This document shows, piece after piece, positions 9,889 to 14,764 of a stretch of 14,764 nucleotides of DNA. Within the stretch, counting starts at the first letter, position 1. Each line of letters starts with the position of its first letter. The notes under the pieces were generated by a model. The model did no database searches, was not told where the DNA came from, and was given only the letters and a program-made list of their open reading frames with translations. The DNA comes from Octopus sinensis (Eukaryota): NCBI RefSeq assembly GCF_006345805.1, contig NW_021825638.1, forward strand, positions 1 through 14,764, read 5' to 3'. A program made the position numbers and the translations under genes.

Positions 9889-10443
9889 GTCAGGTCACTT
9901 TCGAGTGCTACTGGTAACATGTAACCCAGTGCTACCTGTTGCATGGTCGGGTCGTCGGCGACTAAACCGGCAACCCCACCAAGCTCGCTTGGTGAGGAGG
10001 GTGTTTATTGGTCACCCTGCGGGATGAAAAACAAAACCCGTCAAAGGGTGGAGGAACACTTGAGAGTCAACGGCCATCCAATAAATGTCTTAAAGCTGTA
10101 TCATGCTTAGAAATAATAGAAATAATCGGATTGAATACCCGATCGCGCAGTTAAACCATTGGGAGTGAAGGACTCCTAGCCTTTGTCAGGACATCCTTCT
10201 AGGAGAAGGCAACTCAGGTAACTGGGATAACTCCGACATAAAACCTGCGGCTCAGTGGTTACCGATGATGTTGACTTGTTCTTCTTTTCGGATTATGGCT
10301 GCTGTTGCTTAGTGAGTGGGATTGACTCAGTGCACAGCCTTTCCTCACTTAAAAAAATATCTTCTTGCAGAGGCATTGCACGATAACAACATTGATTAAG
10401 CTTCGTGCAATGGCCATACTCGATAACGAGGGGGCAGCCACCA
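9889..10443 (+). mobile_element. Non-autonomous RTE-derived element (5' UTR fused to 3' end) in (TATG)n
   Basis: About 555-nt non-coding island between perfect (TATG)n tracts. It carries CCTTCTAGGAGAAGGCAACTC and GGTGAGGAGGGTGT, resembling RTE 5' UTR motifs. The end CCATACTCGATAACGAGGGGGCAGCCACC resembles an RTE 3' stem-loop before a short-repeat tail. Family assignment is from recall. Confidence 0.6.
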
Positions 10444-10803
10444 TGTATGTATGTATGTATGTTTGTATGTATGTATGTATTTATGTATGTGTGTGTGTAT
10501 GTATGTATGTATGTATGTATGTATGTATGTATGTATGTATGTATGTATGTATGTATGTATGTATGTACGTATGTATGTATGTATGCATATTTAAAGACGC
10601 TATTGCAAAGAATTTTTGGCACAGTCGCCACATCGAGGAAAAGTTTTCCAAAATTAAATATTTTTGTATAATTTATCTTTAGAAAAACCAAAATCACATG
10701 AATATTTTCTGGAAAGGAGTTTTCGCATTTTTCGTAATCTGTTTCGCTGTTGACAGCATCTCAAACAGAAATTGCATGGGATTGTATTTGTGTTGACTGA
10801 TTC

Positions 10804-10840
10804 TAGCTTTGGATTAGCTTTGGATTTAGCTTTGGATTAG
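10804..10840. repeat. Short tandem repeat (TAGCTTTGGAT) x3
   Basis: TAGCTTTGGAT-TAGCTTTGGATT-TAGCTTTGGAT-TAG read directly. Confidence 0.9.
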
Positions 10841-11614
10841 AATTCTTATAAAGTGGTGGTATGCTGTCAACTTAATGTGACAGTCCCATGAAAGGAAATA
10901 ATACGACTGCTATTTAGCCCTAGGAAGCACCGCTTCCTGTCGGCCTTGACACATTTTCTGTGTCCTTATGTTTAAAAGGGGCAGATAAGCACATCCACCC
11001 AGCAATTATTCTTTTAACTTTCATAGTTGATAATTTTCTTTGTTTAGACTTAAACAATTGTGAAATAATTGAATAGAGCACCAAAACAACAGGGGAAAGA
11101 ATTGAAAGACAATGCACGTATGAATAAAATTTCATTTACAGCATCACATACCCGCAATGTAATGAAAATGTTATCGGCCAAATGGGATAAAAATTAATAC
11201 ATCGTGTTAGAGTACATAAACAGAAAAAAATTAAAATTCACCCCTGAGAAATGGTCCACGTAGAGAACATCTAAAGATATGCATAAATGCAAAATTCGAA
11301 ATACTTCCTATTTTCAGAATAAAGACGTGAAACGCTAGCTTTATGTATTCATTTTTGCAGCTGTTTAGCAGGCAATGGCTGAGAGAGGCAATACATTCGG
11401 AGGCTTTTTCTGTGTTGTTCCTAAACCTCTGCCTCATTCATTTCTTCTTAGGTAGGAAACTGTCAGTATCATTGTGTATATATGTACGTACGTGTGTGCG
11501 TGTATGTATGTAGGCACATATGTATGTATGTATATATGTTATGTATGTATGTATGTATGTATGTATGTATGTATGTATGTATGTATGTATGTATGTATGT
11601 ATGTATGTATGTAT

Positions 11615-11804
11615 GGGGAGAATTCACAAAAAAGCAAAAGACGAAGATAGGTGGTTTAGACAACAAACATGTATTAGTATAACGTTCGTGAAGTGAAAAG
11701 GTCTTTAACGCTTCGAGCCTACGCTCTTCCACAGAAAAGAACACAAAAAGAAACAAGGAGAGAAAATAAAGAATGTGTTGTGGCTAGTTATCTATCATGG
11801 CGAA
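11615..11804 (-). mobile_element. 190-nt minimal-hammerhead cassette, family B copy 3 (HHR at 11703-11739)
   Basis: Minus strand starts TTCGCCATG and contains UUUU-CUGUGGA-A-GAGC-GUAG-GCUC-GAAG-CGU-U-AAAG. It is cleanly embedded in (TATG)n on both sides. Confidence 0.8.
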
Positions 11805-11846
11805 TGTATGTATGTATGTATGTATGTATGTATGTATGTATGTATG

Positions 11847-11877
<31 letters not shown>

Positions 11878-12428
11878 GAGTTTCCTCTTGGTATGCAGAC
11901 AGTTGATTAAAATGCAGATCATTAGATCTAGCTACTTATTACTTCAGAGTCTAACATTTTTATATTACTGAATTGCTATTTTCTTCACCTAGTGAAGCCA
12001 TTAACATCATTTCCAAATATCGATTAAATTATCTCGTGTTTTTCTACATATATACGTATATATACATTACATACGTACGACCGTACGCACATACATACAT
12101 ACGTACATACATACATACATACAGATCTGTGTGTGATGAATATGTCTCCATTTGAAAACCAGTGCAGATTATGTTAATTATTTTATAAACGTTATCACCA
12201 TACATAATGGTGAACTATGATAAATGTATAAGAGAAAATTAATATAATCTATATCCGTTTTAAACGGGAAACATTTATGACACATAAAAATAAATATGTA
12301 GAAAAAATTATAACAAAACGTACATGATACGTTTCTTCAAAAATAATAATATAGAATAATATATATATATATATATGCATACATACGTACTTGTGTGCAT
12401 AACTATCGATCTGTCTATTTTTGAAATA

Positions 12429-12473
<45 letters not shown>

Positions 12474-12672
12474 AAATGGCAACACGTTTGTATATTTCTA
12501 CATGCCATGCCTGTATATCCTTATATATATGTGTGTTTCTATTATACGAAGTTTTGTCAGTAAACAAATCGCGGTTTCAAAGCGACGAAAATATTTTGAC
12601 ACAAATTAAATATAAATGTTGAAGTGAATGCGTTTTCTTAAATAGCTTATATACAATCTTCCTTGCTGCAAT

Positions 12673-12708
<36 letters not shown>

Positions 12709-12709
<1 letters not shown>

Positions 12710-12907
12710 TTAATCCAAACATGAAAACACAAAGAGAAAACACAAGACGTGAGGACGTGGAACAAGTATAGTATTATTGGACGCTCAGGAAAGAAGGAAA
12801 GAAGGAGGGTTTCGTTTCGAGCGGAGCTCTTCGTCGAAACATAGGAAAAGGAAAGATCCAAAGAAGGGAAGACGGAGGGAAAAAATCGCCAACGATCACA
12901 TTTTGAA
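12709..12907 (-). mobile_element. Minimal-hammerhead cassette, family C, left arm of inverted pair
   Basis: Reverse complement of 13001-13212 over about 200 nt. The HHR at 12809-12840 reads GUUU-CGACGA-A-GAGC-UCC-GCUC-GAAA-CG-AAAC, so the U of CUGA and the cleavage-site UU are deleted. Confidence 0.85.
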
Positions 12908-12941
12908 TATATATATATATATAAACACACGCGGTCACATT

Positions 12942-13000
<59 letters not shown>

Positions 13001-13001
<1 letters not shown>

Positions 13002-13212
13002 TCAAAATGTAACCGCGTGTGTACCGTTGGCGATTTTTTTCCTCCGTCTTTCCCTTCTCTGGAGCTTTCCTTTCCCTATGTTTCTGACGAAGAGCTCCGC
13101 TCGAAACGTTAAACCCTCCTTCTTCCCTTCCTTCCTGAGCGTCCAATAATACTATATTTGTTCCACGTCCTCCCGTTGTGTTTTCTCTTTGTGTTTTCAT
13201 GTTTGGATTAAC
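13001..13212 (+). mobile_element. Minimal-hammerhead cassette, family C, right arm of inverted pair
   Basis: 212-nt unit flanked by (TA)n and containing the HHR at 13080-13114. Confidence 0.85.
13080..13114 (+). ncRNA. Minimal type I hammerhead ribozyme
   Basis: GUUU-CUGACGA-A-GAGC-UCC-GCUC-GAAA-CGU-U-AAAC. It has a 4-bp stem I, CUGACGA, an extra A, a 4-bp stem II and GAAA. Stem III is a loopless palindrome (AACGUU) with a GUU triplet. Confidence 0.8.
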
Positions 13213-13232
13213 ATTATATATATATATATATA

Positions 13233-14703
13233 TTCGAGTGTGTCGAAACATAACGACTTTTAAGAAACGCTATAAGAAAATTAGGGTTATGTGACCCCTC
13301 CGTACCACTCGCGTACACCCCCACAATTAAATACTCTAATTTTCTATATTAAGCATATAATCTCTAATACATATAATAAATTGCTTATGAAGCATTTGAT
13401 CATATTCCACTGTAGGAACCGTGTTTAAAACATCTGATGAGTTAAGACAATTGGTAGGTAGGTATCCCTACAAAATTGTAAAATTGCAACTTTTCAATGA
13501 ATTTTTTTTTAGAAAATGTATATATTTGTTAAATGATTTTCTTTTGTTTTTCTGATTATTTCAGAGCTAAGTTGTATTATAATTTTACAAAAATACCTAT
13601 ATAAATTCAAACTGTAATAATTTAAGTATATAAAATTGTATAATGGCAACTAGAAGTAAAAGCAGCAATTGAGCATTTGGATTTCCTGCAGAATTTCCTA
13701 CAACAATGACCCACATCAAATGCTGATATATTCCGAGATTCTTTTTCTTCAGAAAGCTTGAAGAACATATATATATATAAAAAAAGACTTCATCCCCAGC
13801 GAAAGAATGCTACCGCATTGTTGCTGCAGATGTGCAAACAATGTGGGACAATTTTTCTTGTCCTTATATTGGATTTGAGGGAAAAGCTCTAAAAATTGAT
13901 AGATTGATTGAATCTGCTTATAAATTAAACAAAATACCTATGAAGCAAAGAGGAGATAATTTCGATAAGAAATTCGAGGAGTTCGATGAAATGTTTGATA
14001 TATGCACCTGCACTTGTTATGACAATCAAATAAATAGATCTGACTGTCGTAGCCAATACCTCTTCCTTGTCATAGCCAAGGAGTCGAACGTGCTATCAAA
14101 TTTAGTGATAAAGACTTCTGAAGTGAGAATATGCTACCAAAATAGGCACAAATGCCTATTAATTGTACAGAAATCAAGACAAAGTTTACCTCACTTTGAC
14201 TGGAAGAGACAATGGTCATTTAATTAAATAGTAATTATTATTAATGCTTATTTTATGGTGTTCACTGTCCATGTATTTCGTTTGAGGTTCGTGCATAGAT
14301 TTTTTATTGCATATCATAATAGTCATTAAAAATTTACCTTTTGCTAATATTGAAAGTGCTTTTCTGAATACAGGCATATTTCTAAAATAAAAATAATACA
14401 AAATATATAAATAAAGATTCCAATAACTGTTTTTTTTTTCAGGGTATAGGGGAGGTGCATATAATTTTTAAAATGTTTTATAAGTAATATTTAACCAATA
14501 CAAAGTTAATAGCATAAAAAACAAGTTTACATTTCCTTATATTTTCAATATTCAAAACGCAGAATTAGGTGGGGTGGTGCCATGCGAAGGGTAGGTTTTT
14601 AACTCAGCAAGTTTATACTTAAAAAAAATTTTAATTTATTTCTCACACCAAAATGATCACCAAGCAATGTGGAATCAGAAATAAAATTTCGACCCCCGCC
14701 TAA
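13233..14703 (+). mobile_element. Internally deleted DNA transposon, hATm-like
   Basis: Imperfect TIRs TTCGAGTGTGTCGAAA (13233-13248) and TTAGGCGGGGGTCGAAA (reverse complement of 14687-14703), each adjoining (TA)n. A transposase-like N-terminus lies inside. The subfamily call is from recall of TTAGGG-type termini. Confidence 0.6.
13643..14065 (+). pseudogene. Transposase N-terminal fragment (hATm-like)
   Basis: ATG 13643 MATRSKSSN*AFGFPAEFPTT, then a frameshift to PTSNADIFR. ORF 13832 gives MWDNFSCP...KIDRLIESAYKLNKIP...EMFDICTCTCY...DC, resembling the TRS..FG.P..LPT..D and W....IP...LFDIC.C.C pattern of this group. No catalytic domain is visible. Confidence 0.55.
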
Positions 14704-14722
14704 TACATATATATATATATAT

Positions 14723-14728
14723 ATCGGA

Positions 14729-14764
<36 letters not shown>
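14723..14764 (+). pseudogene. 5'-truncated tRNA-Asn(GTT) sequence, runs off the window
   Basis: ATCGGATAGCGCGTTCGGCTGTTAACCGAAAGGTTGGTGGTT nearly matches metazoan tRNA-Asn from the D loop to the T arm. Anticodon stem TTCGG/CCGAA with GTT at 14743-14745. (TA)n replaces the acceptor 5' strand and D-stem 5' strand. Confidence 0.85.

Noticed and set aside
9960-10013. Twister-like appearance (AACCCC...GAGGAGGG inside a closing stem)
   Set aside because: It lacks the conserved UAA cleavage context and the loop needed for the two pseudoknots. Only a simple hairpin is supported.
9809-12609. ORFs with MYVC or HTYI repeats
   Set aside because: They are products of (TATG)n and (TA)n tracts with no protein-like content.
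12577-13251. 224-aa and 111-aa ORFs with similar peptides on opposite strands
   Set aside because: Artefact of the inverted non-coding cassettes plus (TA)n.

Overview
AT-rich, microsatellite-dense eukaryotic DNA made almost entirely of transposable-element debris. I see no intact protein-coding gene, and most ORFs in the track are translations of (TA)n, (TG)n or (TATG)n. The tRNA-derived SINEs resemble families I recall from octopus, so a cephalopod source is likely (inference). Recognisable parts are a decayed Helitron PIF1-like helicase, a Tc2/pogo-like MITE, four SINE copies, a near full-length DD34D mariner, two probable RTE-derived non-autonomous elements, a hATm-like remnant and a 5'-truncated tRNA-Asn. 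The most striking signal is non-coding. About eight hammerhead ribozyme (HHR) motifs occur, most in short (about 60-350 nt) cassettes set in microsatellites, consistent with non-autonomous Penelope-like or retrozyme-like elements. One is a complete type I HHR (2620-2670, minus strand). One family carries a recurring CUGUNGA core variant. One pair forms a head-to-head inverted repeat.
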